DNA from: Deltaproteobacteria bacterium
Lineage (GTDB): Bacteria > Myxococcota_A > UBA9160 > SMWR01
Length of the DNA: 64,000 bases
Direction of reading: 5' to 3'
NCBI GenBank assembly: GCA_032128115.1
Contig: JAQBHB010000098.1
Coordinates: forward strand, 70,642 to 134,641
Positions 9,264 through 18,641 of this stretch are shown here, one piece after another (within the stretch, counting starts at the first letter, position 1; each line of letters opens with the position of its first letter). A model generated the notes under the pieces. That model saw only the letters and a list, made by a program, of their open reading frames with translations, was not told the origin of the DNA and did not search any database. The translations under genes were made by a program, and so were the position numbers.

Positions 9264-10798
9264 GCGTGGCTCTCACCGCTGGCGATCTGCGCGTATTCGC
9301 CCAATACGATCGCGACTTCAGCGAGGAAGTGGACGTGGTGGTGGTGGGATCCGGCCCGTGCGGCTCGGTGATGGCCAAGGAGCTCACCGACGCGGGCCAA
9401 CGCGTGGCGCTGCTGGAGGAAGGGCCGCCCTTTACGCCCCAGGAGTACGTGATCGACGGTGCGCTCTCCATGGCGCGCACCATGCGCGAGGGCGGCCTGC
9501 GCGCCACCACAGGCACCGTGATGCCCACCATGCAGGCCATCGCCCTGGGTGGTGGCTCCCTGGTGAACTCGGCCATCTGCAACCGCGCTCCCGACTTCGT
9601 GCTCGACCGCTGGTGCAGCGAGTTCGAGCTCTCGAACACGACGCTGGCGGACCTGGACCCCCACTACGACGCGGTGGGCGAGTTCCTCGGCATCGCGCCG
9701 ACCCCGGACGACGTGCAGGGGGAGCGCAACCTGCTCTTCCGACGCGGATGCGACGAGCTCGGTTATCCCAGCGAACCCATCGCGCGCAACGTGCGCGGCT
9801 GTCGCGGCAGCGGTGAGTGCTTCACCGGTTGCCGCGTGCGCGCCAAGCAGTCCATGGACATCACCTACGTTCCCGAGGCCCTGCGCGGTGGCGCGCGGGT
9901 CTTCACGTCGCTGCGGGTGGAGAATCTGATGGCAGACGGTCGCCGGGTGAGCGGTGTCGAGGGTCGGGTCGTGGCCCCCTTCAGCGGCCGTCCGAGCCAT
10001 CGCTTCCGCATCCGCGCGCGCGCGGTGGTGCTGGCCGCCGGCTGTATGGCGACCCCGGTGATCCTCCAGAAGAGTGGCAATCTGGCCAACCGCTCCGGAC
10101 AGGTGGGCGAGAACCTGCAGTTCCACCCGGGTGTTGCAATCATGGGCGTGTTTCCCGACAAGGTGAACCCGCAATTCGGGGCCACCCAGGGCTACCAGTC
10201 TCGTCACTTCCTGAAAGAGGGATTCAAACTCGAGACCCTGTGGGCACCGCCCGCGGTGTTGGCGGTGCGCATGCCGGGCTCCGGCGAGGTGCTCAAGCAG
10301 CGCCTGGCCGCCGTGCCCCACGCGGCCATCTGGGACGCCATCGCCAGCTGCTCGCGTTCATTGGGTCGGGTGCGGGCGCGCCGGCGCGGCATGGATCCCA
10401 GGATCAGCTGGCACCTGCATCCCGAAGACCTTCCCATCCTGACGCGAGCGCTCTGGGTGCTGGCCGAGATCTTCTTCGCCGCCGGGGCCCGCTACATCGT
10501 GCCCGGCGTCCACCGCATTCCGGACGAACTCCACTCGTTGCAGGAGGCAGAGATTCTCCGCACCCACCCCATGAAGGCCACCGACCTCGTGACCGGCGGC
10601 AACCACGCCTTCTGCACCACACGCATGCACGGCGATCCCCGGCGCGGCGTGGTGGACCAGTATGGCAAGTGCCACGACCTGGAGAACCTCTGGATCGCCG
10701 ACACGGGCATCTTCCCCCAGTGCCCCTCCGTGAATCCGATGTGGACGGGCATGGCCCTGGCCCACCGGGCCGCGGGCCGGCTGGCGGCTCAGCTCTAG
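9260..10798 (+). CDS. GMC family FAD oxidoreductase
   Basis: VVVGSGPCG, LGGGSLVNS, CRGSGECFTGC, VGENLQFHP, PSVNPMWT. Confidence 0.92.
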   Translation: MSVALTAGDLRVFAQYDRDFSEEVDVVVVGSGPCGSVMAKELTDAGQRVALLEEGPPFTPQEYVIDGALSMARTMREGGLRATTGTVMPTMQAIALGGGSLVNSAICNRAPDFVLDRWCSEFELSNTTLADLDPHYDAVGEFLGIAPTPDDVQGERNLLFRRGCDELGYPSEPIARNVRGCRGSGECFTGCRVRAKQSMDITYVPEALRGGARVFTSLRVENLMADGRRVSGVEGRVVAPFSGRPSHRFRIRARAVVLAAGCMATPVILQKSGNLANRSGQVGENLQFHPGVAIMGVFPDKVNPQFGATQGYQSRHFLKEGFKLETLWAPPAVLAVRMPGSGEVLKQRLAAVPHAAIWDAIASCSRSLGRVRARRRGMDPRISWHLHPEDLPILTRALWVLAEIFFAAGARYIVPGVHRIPDELHSLQEAEILRTHPMKATDLVTGGNHAFCTTRMHGDPRRGVVDQYGKCHDLENLWIADTGIFPQCPSVNPMWTGMALAHRAAGRLAAQL

Positions 10799-10824
10799 CA
10801 CCGGGCCAGACCCGCCGGATACCA

Positions 10825-10854
10825 CCCAGGGAGGCCCTTTCGGGCCCCCCTGGG
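10825..10854 (+). terminator. GC-rich stem-loop after the GMC gene, possible terminator
   Basis: CCCAGGGAGGCCC-TTTC-GGGCCCCCCTGGG, 13-bp stem with 1 mismatch; no U tract. Confidence 0.45.
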
Positions 10855-10938
10855 CCCGTCCGGCCCCCCTACATCGCAGGCCCGGTCCTGCCGATACGGG
10901 AGGAGACCCGGGACCGCTCCGGGTCGGGGGGACTCCGG

Positions 10939-11253
10939 ATGAAGACCATGCTTGCCGTCTCGATCGCCGCGGCGTTTCTGCTGCTGCCCGGCTCGGCCGC
11001 AGCCGACGTCAACGGGTGCAATGGGCTCAACAACCAGATCGATCACTACACCAAGCTGATGGAGCGGGCCGATCAGCTCGGCAATTCCATGTGGGAGCAG
11101 CGCATCGGCAACCACCTGGAGGGCCTGCTGGCCCAGCGGTCCGCGATCTGCCCCCAGTACGAGAAAGACGACGGCACCATGCGGGCCATTGCGGCCCTGG
11201 TCAAGCTGGCCGCCAAGGCCGCTGTGACCTACTTCACCATGGGTGCCTTCTAG
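10939..11253 (+). CDS. Small secreted hypothetical protein (104 aa, two Cys, hydrophobic C-terminus)
   Basis: GGGGGA RBS, MKTMLAVSIAAAFLLLPGSAAA signal peptide, good GC3 codon bias. Confidence 0.75.
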   Translation: MKTMLAVSIAAAFLLLPGSAAADVNGCNGLNNQIDHYTKLMERADQLGNSMWEQRIGNHLEGLLAQRSAICPQYEKDDGTMRAIAALVKLAAKAAVTYFTMGAF

Positions 11254-11329
11254 GAGGCTCTTCTCCGCTTCTTCGTGCGTGCCCAGAGTGGCACGGATAG
11301 AATACGAAGAACCCGGAGGTCCCCCCCCT

Positions 11330-11938
11330 GTGAAGCTCTACGAGTACACCCAGGCTCCCAATCCGCGTCGCGTTCGCATCTTCCTGGCCGAGAAGGGGAT
11401 CCAGGTCCCCCTCGAGCAGGTGGACATCGGCCGTGCCGACAACCGCAAACCCGACTTCCTCGCCAAGAACCCACTGGGCGGCGTGCCCGTGCTGGAACTC
11501 GACGACGGTCGCTTCGTCGCCGAGTCGGTGGCGATCTGCCGCTACTTCGAGGAGATCCACCCCGAGCCGCCGCTGATGGGGACCGACGCGGCCGATCGCG
11601 CCATCGTCGAGATGTGGAACCGGCGCATGGAGCTCGAGGTGATGGGTCTGCTGACCCAGGCCTTCCGCAACACCCACGAATTCTTCAAGGGACGCGTGGC
11701 CCAGGTGCCGGAGTTTGGCGAGGTGTGCCGGAGCGCAGCACCCAAGCGCCTGGAGTGGCTCGATCGCGAGCTCGGAGATCGCCCCTTCATCGCTGGCGAC
11801 CGCTACACCATTGCCGACATCACGGCCCAGGTGGGAATCGACTTCGGCCGCGTGGTGAAGGTGCGGATCCAGCCGGAGCTGAAGAACCTGACCCGCTGGT
11901 ACGAGTCCGTCTCCACGCGCCCGAGCGCCGGGGCCTAG
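11330..11938 (+). CDS. Glutathione S-transferase
   Basis: GGAGG RBS, GTG start; APNPRRVRIFLAEKG, NPLGGVPVLELDDG, ESVAI, YTIADI. Confidence 0.93.
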   Translation: MKLYEYTQAPNPRRVRIFLAEKGIQVPLEQVDIGRADNRKPDFLAKNPLGGVPVLELDDGRFVAESVAICRYFEEIHPEPPLMGTDAADRAIVEMWNRRMELEVMGLLTQAFRNTHEFFKGRVAQVPEFGEVCRSAAPKRLEWLDRELGDRPFIAGDRYTIADITAQVGIDFGRVVKVRIQPELKNLTRWYESVSTRPSAGA

Positions 11939-11940
11939 CC

Positions 11941-12957
11941 GTGAAGCACCGACGCCTCGGTGAATCCGGTCTCGTGGTTTCCGAAATCGGCCTCGGCACC
12001 ATGACCTTCGGCAGCATGGCCGACGAGAGCACGAGCCTCGCCATCCTGGACAAGGCCTTCGACGCCGGAGTCGACTTCCTCGACGCGGCGGAGATCTACC
12101 CGGTGCCGCCCGATAGCCGCTACGCCGGCGCCAGCGAGGAGATCTGTGGCAAGTGGCTGGCCGGCAGGCCCCGCGATGCCGTCTACGTGGCCAGCAAGGT
12201 GGCCGGTCCCTTCGGCGGCTGGTTCCAGGCGCCCATCCGACACGGCAAGACCAGCCTCGATCGGCATCACATCCAGCGCGCCGTCGAGGCGAGCCTGCGC
12301 CGCCTGGGCACGGACTATCTGGATCTCTACCAGACCCACTGGCCGGATCCCGACCTTCCCATCGAGGAGACGCTCGAAGCCCTGGACCGATTGGTAGAAG
12401 ACGGCAAGGTGCGCGCGGTGGGTTGCAGCAACGAGAGCGCCTACGGGCTCACCCGGAGCCTGTGGCGGGCCGACCGCGAGGGCACCGTCCGGCATCAGAC
12501 CATCCAGAACAACTACAGCCTGTTGAATCGCCGCTTCGAAGACGAGCTGTCCACGGTGTGCCGCCGGGAGAAGGTGAGCCTCCTGGCCTACAGCCCGATT
12601 GCGGCAGGCGTGCTCTCGGGAAAGTACGCGGAGGGGGCCTGGCCCGAAGGTGCGCGCTTCACGCGCTATCGCGAGGACAGCCCGCGCACGGCGAGCATGA
12701 CCGACCGCTTCGTGAACGAACGCAGCCAGGAGGCAACGCGCCGGTTCGCGGAGATCGCCAGCGATTGTGGCCTGGCTCCGGTGACGTTCGCGGTGGCGTG
12801 GACCCTGAAGCAGGACTTCGTTGGCTCCACGTTGATCGGAGCCACCCACCCGGACCAGCTGGACGAGACGCTGGCCGCGGCCGACGCGGTGATTCCCGAC
12901 GACGCCCTGAAGGCCTGCGATCGCGTGTCGAAGGAGATCCGCTATCCGTTGGGTTAG
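11941..12957 (+). CDS. Aldo/keto reductase (Tas-like)
   Basis: GLGTMTFG, DAAEIYP, SLRRLGTDYLDLYQTHWPD, QNNYSLLNR, AYSPIAAGVLSGKY. Confidence 0.93.
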   Translation: MKHRRLGESGLVVSEIGLGTMTFGSMADESTSLAILDKAFDAGVDFLDAAEIYPVPPDSRYAGASEEICGKWLAGRPRDAVYVASKVAGPFGGWFQAPIRHGKTSLDRHHIQRAVEASLRRLGTDYLDLYQTHWPDPDLPIEETLEALDRLVEDGKVRAVGCSNESAYGLTRSLWRADREGTVRHQTIQNNYSLLNRRFEDELSTVCRREKVSLLAYSPIAAGVLSGKYAEGAWPEGARFTRYREDSPRTASMTDRFVNERSQEATRRFAEIASDCGLAPVTFAVAWTLKQDFVGSTLIGATHPDQLDETLAAADAVIPDDALKACDRVSKEIRYPLG

Positions 12958-12967
12958 AGCCGGCGCC

Positions 12968-13753
12968 GTGATTCTGGTGGCAGCACTCGGGCCCGCGAGC
13001 GGAGTCGCCGGCTCGGATCGGGGCGCCGACGGTCGCTTCGACAAGCGCGTCTCTTCCCACTTCGTGCTCTTCCAGGACGTAGACATCGACCGCACCGGCG
13101 GGCTGCACGGCTCGCGGCGCTTCGAGCAGCAGGTGTTGGACGCACTCGAGCAGGGCTACGACCTGCTTGGCGATGCCCTGGGGCTTCGGCCCGAGGGCAA
13201 GATCCAGGTGCTCGTCTACGACCCGGTGATCTTCGACCAACAATTCGGGGGGTTGTTCCGCTTCGCGGCGGCCGGCTTCTACCAGGGGGTGATTCGCGTG
13301 CGCGGCAATACGGTGGTGCACACGGGTCTGGTCCGCGTGCTGAACCACGAGCTGGTGCACGCGGCCCTGGACGCGGCGGCTCCCTCCTACGTCTATCCCG
13401 GCTGGTTCAACGAGGGGCTGGCCGAGTGGTTCGAGGCGCGCACGCTGGGCAAGCGCCACCTCAGTGGAGGCGAGTACGGCGCGCTGGTGCGCACCCGCCA
13501 GGCCGGGGGCCTCTTCCCGCTGGAGAGCCTGAGCGTGGCGAGCTTTGCGCGATTCGGGCCCGACGCGGCGCGGGCCGCCTACCTGCAGTCGTACGGCATG
13601 ATCGAGTTCCTGGCGCGGCGCCATGGCGAACGCAAGCTGCGCGAGTTCTCGCTGGGCCTCGTGCGCTCACGCGACCTGGAGCGCACCCTGTCCCGGGTCT
13701 ACCGCAGCGATCTGGGAACGCTCGAGGCGGATTTCCTGGCGGAGCTCAGCTGA
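12968..13753 (+). CDS. Peptidase MA-like zinc metalloprotease
   Basis: HELVH (HExxH) followed by WFNEGLAEW; AYLQS...FL. Confidence 0.8.
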   Translation: MILVAALGPASGVAGSDRGADGRFDKRVSSHFVLFQDVDIDRTGGLHGSRRFEQQVLDALEQGYDLLGDALGLRPEGKIQVLVYDPVIFDQQFGGLFRFAAAGFYQGVIRVRGNTVVHTGLVRVLNHELVHAALDAAAPSYVYPGWFNEGLAEWFEARTLGKRHLSGGEYGALVRTRQAGGLFPLESLSVASFARFGPDAARAAYLQSYGMIEFLARRHGERKLREFSLGLVRSRDLERTLSRVYRSDLGTLEADFLAELS

Positions 13754-13758
13754 TTCCG

Positions 13759-14367
13759 GTGACCCGCTGGCAACTCGCGCTCGCGGTCGCGCTCGCGATG
13801 GCAGGCCTCGGCCTGCTCCCGTTGGCCCTGGCTTGCGACGACGGGGCGGGCCGCAGCGGCACGCTGCCCTCGGTGTCGGCAGCACGCATGGCGGCGCCGG
13901 ACTTCACACTGGTGGACCAGAACGGGGATCCCTTCGCCCTGGCCGACGTGCGCGGCAAGGCCGTGGTGATGGACTTCATCTTCACCCACTGCCCCGGGCC
14001 TTGCCCCATCCTCACGGGAATCAACGTATCTTTGCAGCGCTCGCTTCCGCCGGAGTTGCGCGCCGCAACGCACTTCGTGTCGATCACCATCGACCCGGAG
14101 CGCGACAGCCCCGAGGCCCTGGGTGACTACGCCCGGGCCCGCGGCGCCGATCTGTCGGACTGGTCGTTTCTCGGGGGGCCCGTTGCGCAGGTGGAATCGG
14201 TGACGCGCTCGTATGGCGTGGCCAGCATGAGCGAGCCCGGCGGTGAGATGAACCACCAGCTGGTGACGGTGCTGATCGATCCCGAGGGCCGGATCGCCGA
14301 GCACTATCTGGGCGTAGATCACGAGGCCGACGAGATCCGGCGCGATCTGGAGAGCCTGATCCCGTGA
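13759..14367 (+). CDS. SCO1/SenC family copper chaperone
   Basis: Signal peptide ending LALAC, FTLVDQNG, FTHCPGPCP (CxxxC), TIDPERD, MNH. Confidence 0.9.
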   Translation: MTRWQLALAVALAMAGLGLLPLALACDDGAGRSGTLPSVSAARMAAPDFTLVDQNGDPFALADVRGKAVVMDFIFTHCPGPCPILTGINVSLQRSLPPELRAATHFVSITIDPERDSPEALGDYARARGADLSDWSFLGGPVAQVESVTRSYGVASMSEPGGEMNHQLVTVLIDPEGRIAEHYLGVDHEADEIRRDLESLIP

Positions 14368-15473
14368 CCGCAGCGTTGGTGGTGGGGGGCGGCGTCGTGG
14401 GCTCGGCGATCGCCTGGACGCTGGCGCGCGAGCGCGCCGACGTGACCCTGCTCGAGCGCGATGAGATCGCCGCACACGCCTCGGGTGTGGCGGCGGGGAT
14501 GCTGCAGCCCATGGGGGAGTCCTGGGGCAACCCGGTCTTCCTGCGCTGGGGCCTGCGCAGTCTGGCGATGTTTCCCGAAATCGTCTCGGACCTGCGTGAG
14601 CGCACGGGCATCGACCCGGAGTACCAGGCAAGCGGCGCGCTCAGCGTGGCGTTTGACGAAGAAGAGGCCGCGGCCCTGCGCCACAAGGCCGAGAGTCTGG
14701 CCGACAACGGCCTCGAATACCTGGACGCGCAGGCGGCGCGCAGCGCCGAGTCGCGCCTGGCCCACGACGTGTGCGGTGCCGTGTGGTCGCCGCGCGAGGG
14801 TCACGCGCGCAGCGGATTGCTGGCCCAGGCCTTCGCGGCGGGTGCTGCGCAGCGGGGTGCCCGGGTGGAGACCGGTGTCACGGTGTTGGGGCTTTTGCGC
14901 CAGGGCGATCGGGTGATCGGCGCCCGCACCACGGCGGGCGATCGCTTCGCTTCCGAGGTGATCCTGTGCCTGGGGCCCTGGAGTCCCGTGTGCGCCGACT
15001 GGCTCGGGGCGTCGTGGCTGCTTCCCGTCGAGCCGGTGCGCGGCCAGATCGCTGCGCTCGATGCGCCGCGGATTCCGCTGTCCAGCGTGATCGTCGGCGG
15101 CGGTGTCTACCTGGTCCCGAAACAGGACGGAAGCCTGGTGGTGGGCGCCACCCAGGAACACACGGGCTTCGACTGCCGGGTCACGGCCGCGGGCGTTGCG
15201 CAGTTGCTCTCGGCGGCGCTGCGGGTGGTGCCGGCCCTGGCCGACTGTCGCTTTCGCGAAGCCTGGGCGGGCCTGCGCCCCGCCACACCCGACCGCTTGC
15301 CCTAGATCGGCCGGGTGCCCGGTGTGGACGGCCTGGTGCTGGCCACCGGCCACTTCCGCACCGGCATCCTGTTGGCACCGGTGACGGCCGAGCTGGTGTG
15401 CGACCTGGTGCTGGGCAAGGGACTGCCGGAAGAGGCGGCCCCGTTCTCGCCGGCTCGATTCCTGTCGAGCTGA
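14364..15473 (+). pseudogene. thiO: Glycine oxidase ThiO with an in-frame TAG at 15303-15305
   Basis: GGGVVG, ASGVAAGML, PVRGQI, YLVPK, WAGLRP; frame continues past TAG as IGRVPGVDGLVLATGHFRTGILLAP to TGA 15471-15473. Confidence 0.8.
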
Positions 15474-15517
15474 CTGCACTGCGCTCGTCCGAGGCTCGCT
15501 GCGCGGAGCCCGACCGG
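15314..15517. repeat. Left copy of 204-bp direct repeat (thiO 3' end plus downstream)
   Basis: Matches 21533-21736 with 4 substitutions (offset 6219). Confidence 0.95.
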
Positions 15518-15787
15518 CCCAGCTGCGGCCTGGGCTTCGAGCGGATCCCGAGAGTGGATGGTGTGAAAATCACCCACTCGATCCACGCCTCGGGGCTCCA
15601 AGTCGTTCGTGCGCAGGCGCCAGAGGTCAGGGGCGTGACCCGATTCTTCACCCGCTCTCGCATCAGAAAACCGTCCAGCACAGCGCAAGATTCTCCGCAA
15701 AGAGGGACTCCACGGGTAGGCAACTCGACCGAAGGATCTGCCCCGGACGTTCAGATACTCGCTACCCGGCCCGAAATTCCAGCGTGA

Positions 15788-16678
15788 GTGGATTCCAGCA
15801 TGAGCGGAACGGTCGCCGAGAACAGGGAATCCATGTTGCCGGAAACCGTCTACACCCCCGACCCGATGAATCGTCGCCCGATCGCGGCGGCGATGGAAAT
15901 GTTGCGAGACCTGAAGGCTTGTAGGGGGCTGGCGCGGCAGCTCCTGATTCGCAACCTGAGCGCTCGATATCGGCAGACCCTACTTGGCTACGTCTGGGCG
16001 ATCATTCCCGCCATCGCGATGACGGTGACTTTCACGTTGCTGAGGTCGAGCGCAATCCTGCGTCTTGGCGAGACCGGAATTCCCTACTCGGCGTACGTGA
16101 TGACGGGGACACTACTCTGGGCTGCGTTCGACGGTGCCATCAAGGTTCCGCTTCGAGTTGCCATCGACTCGATCCCAATGCTGACGAAGGTCAATTTTCC
16201 CCGTGAAGCACTCATCGTGGCCGCTCTCGGAGAAGTCGTCTTCGACACTTCGATCCGCCTCCTGTTGATGGTTCCGGTCTATCTCTGGTTCAAAGTCCCC
16301 GTCCCCGGCACGATCGTGCTTGCGCCTCTCGGGTTCCTGGCGATGATGGGGCTCGGGCTCGTGATCGGCGTCATGTTTGCGCCCTTGGGTGTTCTCTACC
16401 GGGACATCCAGAAGGGTGTCGATATCGCCGCGGCATTCCTGTTCTTTCTGACCCCGGTCGTCTACCCGCCGCCCGAGTCTGGAATCGCTTCGGTGCTCGT
16501 GGGCCTCAATCCTGTGAGCCCCCTCGTGGTGACGGGTCGCGAACTCCTGACGACGGGAAGCCTGACCCAGCTCCCGGAGTTCATGCTGGTGATCGCACTG
16601 ATTGCCATGGCCCTTCCGCTGAGCTGGCTCTTCTTCAGGGTCTCCATGCCGCACGTGATCGAGCGGGTGAGCGCATGA
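15788..16678 (+). CDS. wzm: Polysaccharide ABC transporter permease (Wzm/TagG-like); start may be ATG 15800
   Basis: RNLSARYRQTLLGYVWAII, KVNFPRE, YRDI, FFLTPVVYP, LNPVS. Confidence 0.9.
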   Translation: MDSSMSGTVAENRESMLPETVYTPDPMNRRPIAAAMEMLRDLKACRGLARQLLIRNLSARYRQTLLGYVWAIIPAIAMTVTFTLLRSSAILRLGETGIPYSAYVMTGTLLWAAFDGAIKVPLRVAIDSIPMLTKVNFPREALIVAALGEVVFDTSIRLLLMVPVYLWFKVPVPGTIVLAPLGFLAMMGLGLVIGVMFAPLGVLYRDIQKGVDIAAAFLFFLTPVVYPPPESGIASVLVGLNPVSPLVVTGRELLTTGSLTQLPEFMLVIALIAMALPLSWLFFRVSMPHVIERVSA

Positions 16679-17892
16679 TCGCGGAGAGCAGGTCACCGCA
16701 TGAAACCCTGATCCAGGTGGAAGGAGTCTCGAAGAAGTTCTGTCGCAGCCTCAAACACTCGCTCTGGTATGGCCTGCTGGATATCGCCTCGAGCTTCGCA
16801 GGGCCTGTCGGGCCGAGAGAACTGCGTCCCCACGAATTCTGGGCCCTGGATGACGTCTCATTTCAGCTGCGCCGCGGAGAATGCCTGGGGCTCGTCGGTC
16901 CGAACGGATCGGGAAAGAGCACGCTCCTCAAGCTGGTCAATGGCCTGATCCGTCCCGACAGGGGAAAGCTCACCATCCGCGGCAGGGTCGGGGCCCTGAT
17001 CGAGCTCGGGGCTGGGTTCAATCCGATCCTCACGGGCCGCGAGAACATCTACAACAACGCTGCGGTTCTCGGAATGAGCCGCCACGAAGTCGACCAGAAG
17101 CTCGACTCCATCATCGACTTTGCGGACATCGGCGACTTCATCGAAACCCCCGTGCAGGCTTACAGCTCGGGGATGAAGGTTCGCCTCGGATTCGCAGTGG
17201 CCGTGCACCTGGAGCCGGACGTATTGATCATCGATGAAGTCCTTGCGGTGGGAGACGCCGGATTCCGAAGCAAGTGCTACAACGCCATTGCGGAGCTGGC
17301 AGAGCGGACCGCCATCATCTTCGTTTCTCATGCCATGTCGAGCGTGTCGAGACTCGCGAACGAGGTCCTTGTCCTCGACAACGGCAAAACCCGATTCCAA
17401 GGCTCAACTTCCGAGGGCGTGCTCGAGTACTTCAATCTCTTCGCGACGCCGGGTGAGGGGGCTCGCTCCGGGAACGGCAAGGCTCGAATCGACGAAATCG
17501 AGTTCCTCAATGGCCATGACGAGACAACCACCAAGTTCCAATACGGTGAAACGTTCACCACGCGTCTCAGCGTAACCGCGCACGAGGACATCGAATTTCT
17601 ATGCGTCGATCTGGTCTTTTCGGGGATGGGTCAACAGGTGGTAGCCGAGTGCAACAACGTCTTTGCCCAACATCCGATCCGGCTCGCGCGAGGCCAGACG
17701 CTGTCCATCACCATGACCATTGAAGAACTCACGCTGAACACCGGATGCTACCAGCTCTCGGCTCTCCTTCTTTCCAGAGACATGATGGAGCACTACGACT
17801 GGCGCCGAGACTTCGTCACCATCGAAGTCCTCGCACCCCAGGTCGGAGTGGGTGGACAGCAGTTTCGAGCCAAATGGGAGATCCACGAGTGA
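16675..17892 (+). CDS. wzt: Polysaccharide ABC transporter ATPase with C-terminal Wzt_C carbohydrate-binding domain
   Basis: FWALDDVSF, GPNGSGKST, YSSGMKVRLGFAVA, IIDEVLAVGD, VSH; extended C-terminal domain. Confidence 0.93.
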   Translation: MIAESRSPHETLIQVEGVSKKFCRSLKHSLWYGLLDIASSFAGPVGPRELRPHEFWALDDVSFQLRRGECLGLVGPNGSGKSTLLKLVNGLIRPDRGKLTIRGRVGALIELGAGFNPILTGRENIYNNAAVLGMSRHEVDQKLDSIIDFADIGDFIETPVQAYSSGMKVRLGFAVAVHLEPDVLIIDEVLAVGDAGFRSKCYNAIAELAERTAIIFVSHAMSSVSRLANEVLVLDNGKTRFQGSTSEGVLEYFNLFATPGEGARSGNGKARIDEIEFLNGHDETTTKFQYGETFTTRLSVTAHEDIEFLCVDLVFSGMGQQVVAECNNVFAQHPIRLARGQTLSITMTIEELTLNTGCYQLSALLLSRDMMEHYDWRRDFVTIEVLAPQVGVGGQQFRAKWEIHE

Positions 17893-18641
17893 GCCTCCGG
17901 GGTCGAATCAGAGCATCGATCCGGAGCCTCTTGCGCCATGCTGCCGGGCGTGCGGCACCGGTACCGGTCCGGACGCGAGACTGGTCCCTCCGGAGCAGCG
18001 AGCGCCAGACGGGCGCGAGTCTCTCGGACATACGACGGGATCATCGCGTCCGCTACGAGCACGCAGCGCGCTCTCTGGAGCCTCTTGTGAATCGACAATC
18101 GTTCGGCCTCGATCTCTTCTGCGGAACGGGCTACGGCACCTACCTTCTCAGCGAGCACCTCTCCTGCTCGGTGCTCGGAATCGACGCATCACAGGAAGCG
18201 ATCGCGTTCGCAGGGGAGCATTTCTCCACCGCGCGAACGCTCCATGCCCAGAAAATTTTTCCCTTCGAGCTGCCACGCTCGAAATTCGACTTTGTTACGT
18301 GCTTCGAATCTCTGGAGCACGTCGATGAATGGTCGCTTCTGCTCGATGAACTTGCCGCGGCGCTCAAGCCGGCGGGGGCGCTCTTTCTCTCCATTCCAAA
18401 CGAGGCCGTTCTCTCTCTCGGCAAGAATCCCAACAGATTTCATGTTCGCCATTTCCAGGTCGACGAGATACTCGGCGAAGCGGCCGAGCGCGGACTGGAT
18501 ACTGTGAGCTGTTACGGACAGGATGCCTACGTTCTCGAGGATGGAAGGGTCCTGGGCCTCCTGGTTGATTCCGAGGTCGGCCTTCAGGACGAGAAACTCA
18601 TGCAGTTCTCGATCTTCGAATTTCGAAAGGGCTCCCGATGA
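17889..18641 (+). CDS. Class I SAM-dependent methyltransferase (possible glycan chain-terminating methyltransferase)
   Basis: GTGA overlap with wzt; HRVRYEHA, LDLFCGTGYG, FESLEHV, SIPN, NRFH. Confidence 0.85.
   Translation: MSLRGRIRASIRSLLRHAAGRAAPVPVRTRDWSLRSSERQTGASLSDIRRDHRVRYEHAARSLEPLVNRQSFGLDLFCGTGYGTYLLSEHLSCSVLGIDASQEAIAFAGEHFSTARTLHAQKIFPFELPRSKFDFVTCFESLEHVDEWSLLLDELAAALKPAGALFLSIPNEAVLSLGKNPNRFHVRHFQVDEILGEAAERGLDTVSCYGQDAYVLEDGRVLGLLVDSEVGLQDEKLMQFSIFEFRKGSR

Noticed and set aside
15303..15305. Pyrrolysine or recoded TAG in thiO
   Set aside because: No pyl genes seen; TAG is a normal stop in many genes here (e.g. 10798, 11938, 12957)
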